The translations under genes were made by a program, and so were the position numbers. A stretch of 64,000 bases of DNA from a virus. Below the pieces are notes generated by a model. The model was given only the letters and a program-made list of their open reading frames with translations, had not been told where the DNA came from and did not search any database. The stretch is taken from the IMG/VR virus record IMGVR_UViG_3300020473_000016; one strand, given 5' to 3'. Of this stretch, positions 56,756-64,000 are shown piece after piece. The stretch's first letter is position 1; each line of letters starts with the position of its first letter.

Positions 56756-57390
56756 TATTTCCACTCCAATGCTTTAGATGTAATAGGAAACTGTTCTATA
56801 AAAACATCTCTACATGCGTGAGCAATTTCCATGTGTTCTTTTTGTGTACCGTGTCCAGAACGTAGTTCTATGTAGTGAATCCATGAACGAACACTACCAG
56901 TCATGTATATTCTGGTTGGTGATGCTAATGGGAGAACAAATCTCGCACACTCCTTCGCAATGCCCTCACGTATAAGTTCATTGTATAAGTCCATCGCTTC
57001 ATAGAAATGCCTAGAGATCTGGTTCTTGAGCCTCTTCTGTTGTTCTTCTGGTATGTCATCTATACTATTCTGACGATTCTTACTGTCCTGACTGCGTAAT
57101 TCAGGTAAAGGTATACCCATCTTCAACCAGTTCACATCAGCATAACGTTGAGAGAACTCTTGGAATGTAAATGATCTATGCCTTAGTATCTGTGCAGCAA
57201 GACCACGAGTGGTCTCAATTTCCACAGTAAGGTATGCTTGTTCAAAGACGGACCAATGACCGTGCTTTATACAATAACTTAGCAAACCAGCCACGTTTGG
57301 GTTGTCTTGGTTCTTCGGGTTGCTCACCCTTGCTACGTACCCCATGTGCTTCTCGGCATCTGGAGTCACTGTCACTAGCTTCACGTTCAT
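56755..57390 (-). CDS. thyX: flavin-dependent thymidylate synthase
   Basis: RHRSFTFQEFSQRY motif; likely start MNVKLV. Confidence 0.95.
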   Translation of the reverse strand: MNVKLVTVTPDAEKHMGYVARVSNPKNQDNPNVAGLLSYCIKHGHWSVFEQAYLTVEIETTRGLAAQILRHRSFTFQEFSQRYADVNWLKMGIPLPELRSQDSKNRQNSIDDIPEEQQKRLKNQISRHFYEAMDLYNELIREGIAKECARFVLPLASPTRIYMTGSVRSWIHYIELRSGHGTQKEHMEIAHACRDVFIEQFPITSKALEWK

Positions 57391-57526
57391 GTTGTTTTTC
57401 TTCACGTTTTATACGTTTACGTACCATTTTAGCATACTTTACCTCTTCTTTGGTATAAAGTAGGGGGTTCTGTTTTGCTATCTTAATAATTTTCTTTGCT
57501 GCCTTCTTGTCTTTCATATTTGCCAT
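57242..57526 (-). CDS. basic hypothetical protein overlapping the thyX 5' end
   Basis: 94-aa ORF; Lys-rich N-terminal half fills the gap before thyX. Confidence 0.5.
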   Translation of the reverse strand: MANMKDKKAAKKIIKIAKQNPLLYTKEEVKYAKMVRKRIKREEKQHEREASDSDSRCREAHGVRSKGEQPEEPRQPKRGWFAKLLYKARSLVRL

Positions 57527-57701
57527 AGTAGGCTTTGAAGTAACCTACTACTCCATTCGATGTGACCTGTTTGTTACACCATTCGTCAGCACACATGTAG
57601 ATATACCTGGTTGGGAAAGAGCTGCTATAATTACTGAGTAATAATTTCAGAACATGCTCTCGAAGATGAAGCAGTTCATCGCCTTCTAATTTCTGTGCCA
57701 T
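57483..57701 (-). CDS. hypothetical protein
   Basis: 72-aa ORF. Confidence 0.7.
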   Translation of the reverse strand: MAQKLEGDELLHLREHVLKLLLSNYSSSFPTRYIYMCADEWCNKQVTSNGVVGYFKAYYGKYERQEGSKENY

Positions 57702-57755
57702 GATGGGTAATCATACTTATTATATAGGTTAGCATAGTGACTCGACTTTTGCAAC

Positions 57756-57787
57756 AAAAAAATCCTGGAAAAATTTTTCCAGGATTT
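57756..57787 (-). terminator. rho-independent terminator
   Basis: AAATCCTGGAAA/TTTCCAGGATTT stem followed by a U run. Confidence 0.8.
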
Positions 57788-57812
57788 ATGAAACCACTAT
57801 GTGATTTTTGAA

Positions 57813-57953
57813 TCAGCTCTTGGAAGCGAACTTGCGTTTCACTTTAAGACCACGATACATTAGATCATGGTTTCTTTGTTGAGCTTCTGCTCGTACCATT
57901 TGACGGTACGCTTCAGAGTCGTACTCGACTCCACGATAAGTGACTTTTGCCAT
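57813..57953 (-). CDS. DUF4278-family small protein (46 aa)
   Basis: MAKVTYRGVEYD...LMYRGLKV with two YRG motifs; GGAG SD; missed by ORF track. Confidence 0.85.
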   Translation of the reverse strand: MAKVTYRGVEYDSEAYRQMVRAEAQQRNHDLMYRGLKVKRKFASKS

Positions 57954-57983
57954 TGGCTTTCTCCAAAGGTAGGGTGGATTAAA

Positions 57984-58080
57984 CCCGTTCCTTCAGTCGG
58001 CTTTTGCGTCCTCCGAAGAGGATGAACGATTCCGTTCCGAGTCGGCTTACTTGCGACCTGAATATATCAGGTTGAACGAT
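57984..58080 (-). ncRNA. tandem glutamine riboswitch aptamers (Downstream-peptide/glnA class)
   Basis: two copies of CGUUCA-[hairpin]-CGCA..CCGAC..GGAACG (58032-58078 and 57984-58028) directly upstream of the YRG peptide. Confidence 0.85.
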
Positions 58081-58139
58081 TGTGTTAATACTAACACATG
58101 TATATTATATAGTCAAGTAGAAGTGTGTAATCTGATACA
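58081..58139 (-). promoter_or_regulatory. sigma70 promoter with NtcA-like sites
   Basis: TTGACT-17-TAGTAT; TGTGTTA/TAACACA inverted repeat over the -10; TGTG-N8-TACA at 58124-58139. Confidence 0.7.
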
Positions 58140-58152
58140 ATTTAATAATATT

Positions 58153-58359
58153 TTAATCTTGTTTTGCTTCTTGGATTGCCTCTTTAATTACTGTCTTCAA
58201 CTGTCTCAACTTCTTCTTACCAAGACCTGCTCGTGTATCTATCTTGACCTTCAACCAATACACAAAGGCAAGTACCAGTATGAACTGAATACCTTCACCC
58301 CATGATAGATTCCACGCTTCATTCAAGTCAAGCGTTGCTGCTGCTAATAAATTAATCAT
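58153..58359 (-). CDS. small membrane protein
   Basis: 68 aa, one TM-like segment. Confidence 0.7.
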   Translation of the reverse strand: MINLLAAATLDLNEAWNLSWGEGIQFILVLAFVYWLKVKIDTRAGLGKKKLRQLKTVIKEAIQEAKQD

Positions 58360-58368
58360 TTAATTCTC

Positions 58369-58671
58369 CTATGATACTTTACTTCCATATGTACCTGCCT
58401 CTGTTGAGTCAGGATTATCTTTTAGGTATTGAACATAACTAAACCCTGATCCCTCTGGATATATGTATTTACCATTCTCATCAAAGTTAGGTAGCTTTGA
58501 CCTTGACTCTGCTGATGAGTATGTGGGTTTGGGTCTCTTCCCTTCTCTTATCTCTCTACCTATTCTTTTTCTTAACTCATTACCAGTCTCGTGACCTTCA
58601 GGCATAGTTGGCCAAGAGGATCCTAAGATCTCCTTGATCATTTCCCTAGTGTAACCGTTAGGATGACTCAT
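58369..58671 (-). CDS. hypothetical protein
   Basis: 100-aa ORF. Confidence 0.7.
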   Translation of the reverse strand: MSHPNGYTREMIKEILGSSWPTMPEGHETGNELRKRIGREIREGKRPKPTYSSAESRSKLPNFDENGKYIYPEGSGFSYVQYLKDNPDSTEAGTYGSKVS

Positions 58672-58831
58672 TATTTAGTAACAATCTATGTGCAATACCT
58701 CTAGCATGTGAATTATTCTCACACAATTTGTTCATCCAAATCCTTTCTTCTAATGTCACAGGCACACCATCTGTTGTAATCATTCTACAACAGATGTCCG
58801 TAAGCTCTAATCTATACTTGGTTGATAGCAT
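58658..58831 (-). CDS. conserved cyanobacterial-type small protein
   Basis: start at MLSTKYRLELTDICCRM...VTLEERIW. Confidence 0.7.
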   Translation of the reverse strand: MLSTKYRLELTDICCRMITTDGVPVTLEERIWMNKLCENNSHARGIAHRLLLNNESS

Positions 58832-58832
58832 G

Positions 58833-59099
58833 TTAACACCCTGCAAGATAGAAAGAAGTACCTCTTGCTTTATTAACTCTCTTCACAGTAGCATCATAGT
58901 TTCCTTCAGGAAACACTAACCCTCTAGCAAAATCAAAAGCAGTTTTATACTTCACAAACTTGAACACTTCATCGTATGTAGATGCAGATACAAGAACACC
59001 ATCACTGTTCTGTCTCCTCATAACTTTCCAGTTAGTTTGGTCTCCAGTCTTACAATAATAAATGCACCAATGACCTCTTGGATCTGAATCTATATCCAT
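58833..59099 (-). CDS. hypothetical protein
   Basis: 88-aa ORF, TAATG overlap. Confidence 0.7.
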   Translation of the reverse strand: MDIDSDPRGHWCIYYCKTGDQTNWKVMRRQNSDGVLVSASTYDEVFKFVKYKTAFDFARGLVFPEGNYDATVKRVNKARGTSFYLAGC

Positions 59100-59386
59100 T
59101 ATTCTCCCTCTGGTTGTTGTTGGATTTTCTTTCTTTTTTTCTTAGGTGGTGTAGCAGCAGTAGGATTCCACATGTTAGGTTTCTGTCTACCTTCACTCTG
59201 CTTCAACCACTTCAATCCCTTCTTATACTTATCATAGTATGTGTCAAATATTTCTACTTGACTGTCACCCATAGCAATGTCATGTTCTACCTTACCCTCA
59301 TGTTCATACTGTATTAAGTATGCAGTGTAAGGTAGTTTCTTATCTTGTGCTAGTTTAGGGTCACACTTTTCATGTATTATTTTCAA
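59099..59386 (-). CDS. conserved cyanophage hypothetical protein
   Basis: LPYTAYLIQY...DTYYDKYK...GR.KP..W. Confidence 0.75.
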   Translation of the reverse strand: MKIIHEKCDPKLAQDKKLPYTAYLIQYEHEGKVEHDIAMGDSQVEIFDTYYDKYKKGLKWLKQSEGRQKPNMWNPTAATPPKKKRKKIQQQPEGE

Positions 59387-59814
59387 CTTCTATTCCCCCA
59401 TGATATTTGTGGAAACGCTTCTTCGACACACTGGCGTGTGATCTTCCAACGCTTACCGATCTTTCTATCTTTCATAAGAGATAGAACCTCTGCCTCTTTT
59501 GCGTGTAGTCCCTCTAGCAATTGAATGAACAAAGTCTCACGTCTTGTTTGACTTATGTTAGCACCACCTTTAAAGAACAGATAGAGTTTACGATACTCTT
59601 GGATGAGTTGCGTATGCTCTGTACCTTCTGGTGCTTCATTCTTTTTGTACGGAACATCTCCATCTGGGAGCATGGAGATCACACTCTCATCAAAGTTAGC
59701 AATAAGAATTGCCCTCAATGCTGGAGAGTTCATCTGCTGTAAGAGTTTAATCTTTTGTGCTTTGGTTTTCGCATTGCTTACCTTTTGTAAGACTTCATTA
59801 AGTAATAATTGCAT
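59383..59814 (-). CDS. conserved T4-like hypothetical protein
   Basis: LPDGDVPY...RRETLFIQLLEGLH..EAEVL. Confidence 0.8.
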   Translation of the reverse strand: MQLLLNEVLQKVSNAKTKAQKIKLLQQMNSPALRAILIANFDESVISMLPDGDVPYKKNEAPEGTEHTQLIQEYRKLYLFFKGGANISQTRRETLFIQLLEGLHAKEAEVLSLMKDRKIGKRWKITRQCVEEAFPQISWGNRS

Positions 59815-59844
59815 GATCTATAGTTAGTTTCCTGTTATGATTAT

Positions 59845-60081
59845 TTATTCCTCATCTTCTTCCGCACTTTCATTTAAGAAACGGACAGTAAGGAGTTCTT
59901 CATTGATCCAATGACCATTATCATCTAGCATCTCTGGATGAATATAGTCAACCTCTTCTTCCTGTGCTGCATACAAGAACTGATTTGTCTTGTCGTTCCA
60001 TATCCAACCAACAACACCTCCAATTAATAAGAAGACTAATGATATTGCTGCTGAAAAATAAATCAAGATTGATGAATCCAT
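59845..60081 (-). CDS. membrane-anchored hypothetical protein
   Basis: N-terminal TM segment; HPEMLD motif. Confidence 0.7.
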   Translation of the reverse strand: MDSSILIYFSAAISLVFLLIGGVVGWIWNDKTNQFLYAAQEEEVDYIHPEMLDDNGHWINEELLTVRFLNESAEEDEE

Positions 60082-60093
60082 GTCAACTCCGTG

Positions 60094-60219
60094 CTAAGTT
60101 TTCTTTTCCCACCTAATTTCAAAGTTGAAGTAGACTCTTCTCTTTAGGAAGTTTAATGTTTTATTAATCTCAAACCCTTTAGGTTTGATTTGTTCCTTCG
60201 GTTTAGCCCTCCTAAGCAT
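60094..60219 (-). CDS. 41-aa basic hypothetical protein
   Basis: MLRRAKPKEQIKPKGFEINK...; ATAAATA at 60234-60240 upstream. Confidence 0.5.
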   Translation of the reverse strand: MLRRAKPKEQIKPKGFEINKTLNFLKRRVYFNFEIRWEKKT

Positions 60220-60251
60220 GAGCTCTATACCTTTATTTATTTTAAGTTCAC

Positions 60252-60515
60252 TCATTTCTTTTTAGTACTTACCAATCCTTTATCAAGAAAGACTTTAGCA
60301 GCCTCGACAAGACCACCAACAGGTTCGTCATCTAGTATAACATATGGAAACCCTTTAGCATTAGTATATGCTGCGGTGAAATCAAACATTGATATAGTAC
60401 AACCATCTTCTTCTCCAACAAGTATCTTCTCATAAGGAAGACCTGCTCTATCACACAACTGTTCCATTGTAGCACAGTGAGCACACCCACGAATGGTATA
60501 AAATTTTATCTTCAT
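60252..60515 (-). CDS. glutaredoxin
   Basis: GCAHC; FPYVILD; VGGL. Confidence 0.88.
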   Translation of the reverse strand: MKIKFYTIRGCAHCATMEQLCDRAGLPYEKILVGEEDGCTISMFDFTAAYTNAKGFPYVILDDEPVGGLVEAAKVFLDKGLVSTKKK

Positions 60516-61276
60516 GTCTTTAATTGATTTAATATATGTGTGTATGCATTCATTATATTACCTGTCTCTTTTCTAAACAGATCTTTATCAAAACTTTCAT
60601 TAGTTTCATCCTCCCATAGACGCATACTATCTGGTGATAGTTCATCTGCTAGAAGTAAATTTTTATCTGCATCATATCCGAACTCTAATTTAAAGTCAAC
60701 TAATGTCAACCCAATAGATGTAAAGACATCCTTAAGAATATTATTAACCTCCATTGCTACTACCTCCATCTCACCTATGGTATCCATATCATATCCCATC
60801 TCTATCACACGTTGTGTTGTTAAAAGTGGATCATCTTTCTCATCATCCTTCAAATACAACTCAACCAATGGCCATTTAAACTGAGTCCTTTCTTTAATAG
60901 TTGTCTGTCTAACTATAGATCCAGCAGCAATATTTCTAACCACAACTTCAATTGGAATAATATCAACCTTCTTACATAACATAGTATTAAAACCCTGAGT
61001 ACCTAAGTAATGAGTTTTAATTCCATACTCCTCTAACTTCTCAAATAATAATGCTGAGATGAGACAACATACCTTACCTTTATCTTCAGGGAAATCTACC
61101 TTTCTACCATTACCAGCAGTGACCTTATCATGAAAATGTATATACACTTTATCAGGTTCATCTGCCATACGATAAAGAGATTTTACTTTACCTTCACTCA
61201 ACAAACATTCTGCTAATAATATAGGTGCTCCCTTAGTATAGAAAACATTTGGTTGTTCTTTACAATCTCCACTCAT
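60512..61276 (-). CDS. purC: SAICAR synthetase
   Basis: EGKVKSLY; IPIEVVVRNIAAGS; LVDFKLEFG; LADELSPDSMRLW; DKDLFR. Confidence 0.95.
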   Translation of the reverse strand: MSGDCKEQPNVFYTKGAPILLAECLLSEGKVKSLYRMADEPDKVYIHFHDKVTAGNGRKVDFPEDKGKVCCLISALLFEKLEEYGIKTHYLGTQGFNTMLCKKVDIIPIEVVVRNIAAGSIVRQTTIKERTQFKWPLVELYLKDDEKDDPLLTTQRVIEMGYDMDTIGEMEVVAMEVNNILKDVFTSIGLTLVDFKLEFGYDADKNLLLADELSPDSMRLWEDETNESFDKDLFRKETGNIMNAYTHILNQLKT

Positions 61277-61443
61277 ACTTCATACCCTTTACGTAATTTC
61301 CAATCGGCATACATCCTACCGAATACCATACCCTCATGAGATTTCATCTCTGCACCATCGAGAAGTTCCTTCTCTCTTTTATTTAAGGTGACTCCATTCA
61401 TAGTGGGATACTCCTTTTCCCACTGCTGAATCTCTTCAATCAT
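61273..61443 (-). CDS. small hypothetical protein
   Basis: start likely MIEEIQQW, after the psbA terminator. Confidence 0.6.
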   Translation of the reverse strand: MIEEIQQWEKEYPTMNGVTLNKREKELLDGAEMKSHEGMVFGRMYADWKLRKGYEV

Positions 61444-61455
61444 TTTATTATCCAT

Positions 61456-61483
61456 AAAAAAATGGGAGGTTTGACCCTCCCAT
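61456..61483 (-). terminator. psbA terminator
   Basis: ATGGGAGG/CCTCCCAT stem followed by a U run. Confidence 0.8.
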
Positions 61484-61507
61484 CTTATCATATCACGCAG
61501 ATTATTG

Positions 61508-62590
61508 TCAACCTACTGATGGAGCAACAAGTGCAACTTCAGATGTCTCAGCAGATGCTAAGTCAAGTGGGAAGTTGTGAGCATTACGCTCGTGCATTAC
61601 TTCCATACCCAAGTTTGCTCTGTTAAGAACATCACCCCAAGTAGGAACAACTTTACCATTTGTGTCTACAACAGACTGGTTGAAGTTGAAACCGTTAAGG
61701 TTGAATGCCATTGTACAGATACCCATAGAGGTTAACCATACACAGACCACAGGGAATGTAGCAAGGAAGAAGTGAAGTGAACGACTGTTGTTGAATGATG
61801 CATACTGGAAGATTAATCTACCAAAGTATCCATGAGCAGCAACAATGTTATAAGTCTCTTCTTCTTGTCCAAACTTATAACCATAGTTTTGTGATTCAAG
61901 TCCAGTTGTCTCTCTGATTAGAGAAGATGTAACTAGTGAACCATGCATAGCAGAGAACAATGCTCCACCAAACATACCTGCAACACCTGCCATGTGGAAG
62001 GGGTGCATTAGAATGTTGTGTTCTGCTTGGAACACAAACATAAAGTTAAACGTACCTGATATACCTAGAGGCATTCCATCAGAGAAAGATCCCTGACCAA
62101 ATGGATACACTAGGAACACTGCGAATGCAGCAGATACTGGTGCAGAGTAAGCAACACAAATCCAAGGACGCATACCTAAACGGTAGGATAGTTCCCACTG
62201 TCTTCCCATGTATGCTGAGATACCTATAAGGAAGTGGAAGATTACTAACTGATATGGACCTCCATTATACAACCACTCATCTAGAGTAGCAGCTTCCCAT
62301 ATGGGATAGAAGTGAAGTCCGATTGCGTTACTTGAAGGGACAACAGCACCAGAAATGATGTTGTTACCAAACATTAAAGAACCAGCAACAGGTTCTCTGA
62401 TTCCGTCTATATCGACAGGAGGAGCAGCGATAAAAGCTACGATGAAACAAGTTGTTGCTGCCAATAGGCATGGGATCATCAAGACACCGAACCAACCAAC
62501 ATAAATGCGGTTTTCTGTGCTTGTAACCCACTCGCAAAACTCAGACCATCCAGCTAATAACCCTTGCTCTTTTCTTGAAAGAGTTGTCAT
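61508..62590 (-). CDS. psbA: photosystem II D1 protein, Prochlorococcus type, no intron
   Basis: full-length D1; [12 protein letters not shown] and [18 protein letters not shown] are Prochlorococcus-like signatures. Confidence 0.99.
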   Translation of the reverse strand: MTTLSRKEQGLLAGWSEFCEWVTSTENRIYVGWFGVLMIPCLLAATTCFIVAFIAAPPVDIDGIREPVAGSLMFGNNIISGAVVPSSNAIGLHFYPIWEAATLDEWLYNGGPYQLVIFHFLIGISAYMGRQWELSYRLGMRPWICVAYSAPVSAAFAVFLVYPFGQGSFSDGMPLGISGTFNFMFVFQAEHNILMHPFHMAGVAGMFGGALFSAMHGSLVTSSLIRETTGLESQNYGYKFGQEEETYNIVAAHGYFGRLIFQYASFNNSRSLHFFLATFPVVCVWLTSMGICTMAFNLNGFNFNQSVVDTNGKVVPTWGDVLNRANLGMEVMHERNAHNFPLDLASAETSEVALVAPSVG

Positions 62591-62609
62591 GATTGCAACT
62601 GTAAGTAGG

Positions 62610-62727
62610 GCTGATAGGGAGTCAGCGGAACTTAGGTTCCTTCAGTACCCTTAAAATCTGAAGGTAGGATGAGAGATATTGTGACCCCATGATCTCGGTT
62701 AGGGGGATTATATGATGAGCATTTGCT
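62610..62727 (-). ncRNA. structured psbA 5' leader (PhotoRC-II-like)
   Basis: hairpins CCUUCAG/CUGAAGG, GGAAC/GUUCC, GCUGA/UCAGC; possible pseudoknot at 62673-62706; family name from memory. Confidence 0.65.
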
Positions 62728-62735
62728 CACCGATC

Positions 62736-62791
62736 TATTTAGTGTAACGCAATGTTAAGCATTTGTCAAGACTAATGTGACAGTTGATACA
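62736..62791 (-). promoter_or_regulatory. psbA compound promoter
   Basis: TTGACA-17-TACACT overlapping CTAAATA; upstream TGTG-N8-TACA box. Confidence 0.8.
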
Positions 62792-62794
62792 CCG

Positions 62795-63406
62795 TCACCA
62801 AGATGAGTTAATAAATGATGTGTCTTCTATGGTTGGAAAATCATCAACATAAGTATACCACCCTGTAATAATATACTTTGTCTGAGTAGGACTTGGTATA
62901 CCATGATGAGTATGTGTCCAGTAAGCAGGGAATATTACAAACTTACCTGCTTCTGCATCTATCTTTACCTGATACTCTGGAAAAACTGTGCTACCACCAT
63001 CAGTAATAGTATTCAAATATAAACTCCATCCCATAACTCTATTAGTATCAGGTGATGAGTCTTCACAATGAGTAGCATGGTATCCTTGATTAGGAAAATA
63101 CCTTTGAATATTATACTGTGGATCAGCAGACCAACTGGATATAATATCTACACTACGATATTTCTCTCTGTATAATTCTGTACACTGATTTATAACTGGC
63201 ACAAGAATATTACTACAGTCATTATCTACTGTAAGATTCATTAATATATCAGTAGAATCTTTTACACTAGGATTTACTATAGGATTTCCATCAACAGCAT
63301 AACATCCTTTATGATGTCTATCCTCTTGACTTTCAAAGTATTCTATAATCTTTTGACAATCACTAGGTGATACCACCTCATTATATGCTTCAATAAAATG
63401 TTGCAC
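62795..63406 (-). CDS. 2OG-Fe(II) oxygenase
   Basis: YHATHCE...WSLYLN...GKFVIFPAYWTHTHHG...KYIITGW. Confidence 0.9.
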   Translation of the reverse strand: MQHFIEAYNEVVSPSDCQKIIEYFESQEDRHHKGCYAVDGNPIVNPSVKDSTDILMNLTVDNDCSNILVPVINQCTELYREKYRSVDIISSWSADPQYNIQRYFPNQGYHATHCEDSSPDTNRVMGWSLYLNTITDGGSTVFPEYQVKIDAEAGKFVIFPAYWTHTHHGIPSPTQTKYIITGWYTYVDDFPTIEDTSFINSSW

Positions 63407-63657
63407 TATTCATAAGATCTTCTATCAACATCAGTCATAGTTTGACTTGACTTAAAATATTTATTTACAACTTCTACTTGATCATCATACCTAGCAATCT
63501 TATCAAGTTCAACTTGAATTGCTTCAGTGATATCTGAATGCTCTCCAATACCTGCTGGATGTTCCAAGTATACTTCTACGTTTGCTCTATGCTTTGCAAT
63601 TTCTCCTTGAGCATGTGCTAGTACAGCACGTAGTAATTGTTCTCTCATGTGTAACAT
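63406..63657 (-). CDS. conserved T4-like hypothetical protein
   Basis: HAQGEIAKHRANVEVYL..PAGIGEHSDI. Confidence 0.8.
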   Translation of the reverse strand: MLHMREQLLRAVLAHAQGEIAKHRANVEVYLEHPAGIGEHSDITEAIQVELDKIARYDDQVEVVNKYFKSSQTMTDVDRRSYE

Positions 63658-63732
63658 TAGTACAGTTCCTCTTCTTTTCCAAGTTCTATTATAACATCAC
63701 TTGTTGGTTTTGCAACACATAATAGTTACAAT
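63657..63732 (-). pseudogene. petF: 3' remnant of plant-type ferredoxin
   Basis: LLCVAKPTSDVIIELGKEEELY-stop matches the PetF C-terminus; no start codon; in-frame TAA immediately upstream. Confidence 0.7.
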
Positions 63733-63739
63733 TATTTAT
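63733..63739 (-). promoter_or_regulatory. late promoter ATAAATA
   Basis: motif match between the psbN-like gene and the petF remnant. Confidence 0.5.
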
Positions 63740-63746
63740 TGAAATG

Positions 63747-63914
63747 TTACTGAGAACGTCTCTCATTGTGTCCATGTGCTATTCCCAACTCATGCATCCT
63801 TGCATGTTCTCCGATGGGATCTCTTAGATCTTTACCACCAACTCCAAAGGTCTGCCATATTCCCAGTCCTACAAGAAGTAATAGTAAAGCAACTACTATA
63901 AAAACTATTATCAT
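63747..63914 (-). CDS. psbN: PsbN-like protein with His-rich extension
   Basis: AGGA SD; TM helix then GLGIWQTFG...LRDP..EH, matching the PsbN pattern. Confidence 0.7.
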   Translation of the reverse strand: MIIVFIVVALLLLLVGLGIWQTFGVGGKDLRDPIGEHARMHELGIAHGHNERRSQ

Positions 63915-63964
63915 ATTAATCCTAGCGATCCTGCTGTTATACCTACACACACAAAAAATCCAAA

Positions 63965-63983
63965 CTCTAGAAGATCTCTAGAG
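63965..63983 (-). terminator. terminator-like hairpin
   Basis: CTCTAGA/TCTAGAG arms followed by U-rich sequence on the minus strand. Confidence 0.35.
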
Positions 63984-64000
63984 CCTGGAGGAATTGATGT

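Noticed and set aside
57242-57390. Amphipathic-looking tail KRGWFAKLLY overprinted on thyX
   Set aside because: Fully explained as the alternate frame of conserved ThyX codons; no evidence of selection.
61508-62590. Intron or homing endonuclease in or after psbA
   Set aside because: ORF is continuous at 360 aa and is followed directly by a terminator.
1-64000. tRNA genes, CRISPR arrays, integrase or transposase
   Set aside because: None recognised by eye; the repeats seen are protein-coding or short regulatory motifs. tRNAscan-SE would confirm.

Overview
64 kb of an AT-rich T4-like cyanomyovirus genome. The host is most likely Prochlorococcus, judged from a Prochlorococcus-type D1. Almost all genes are on the minus strand. 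The modules are: (1) small early/hypothetical genes (1-5.6 kb); (2) an HNH + two beta-class DNA methyltransferase block; (3) a tail-fibre module with three tail-collar proteins and a 4991-aa giant fibre, flanked by 2OG-Fe(II) oxygenases, a flavin halogenase-like gene and a CpeT-type bilin lyase; (4) baseplate/tail genes (gp5, gp27-like, tape-measure-like, gp51, gp26, gp54-like, gp4, gp2, gp48, gp53) with cp12 embedded; (5) pcyA, pebS, gp32, gp33, exonuclease, phoH, thyX; (6) a tandem glutamine riboswitch-DUF4278 unit, glutaredoxin, purC, psbA, a petF remnant and a psbN-like gene. Main hunt result: the giant fibre appears to contain four recursively nested phycobiliprotein-like domains. Each keeps a Cys82-like and a Cys153-like residue, and the same window encodes PebS, PcyA and a T-type lyase. 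This suggests a phage-made, bilin-carrying virion appendage (inference, untested). Other leads are a balanced nesting of 11 beta-domains in the same protein, a candidate -1 frameshift fusing gp26 to gp51, NtcA-like boxes and several candidate structured RNAs. All family calls come from motif recognition by eye; no searches were run.
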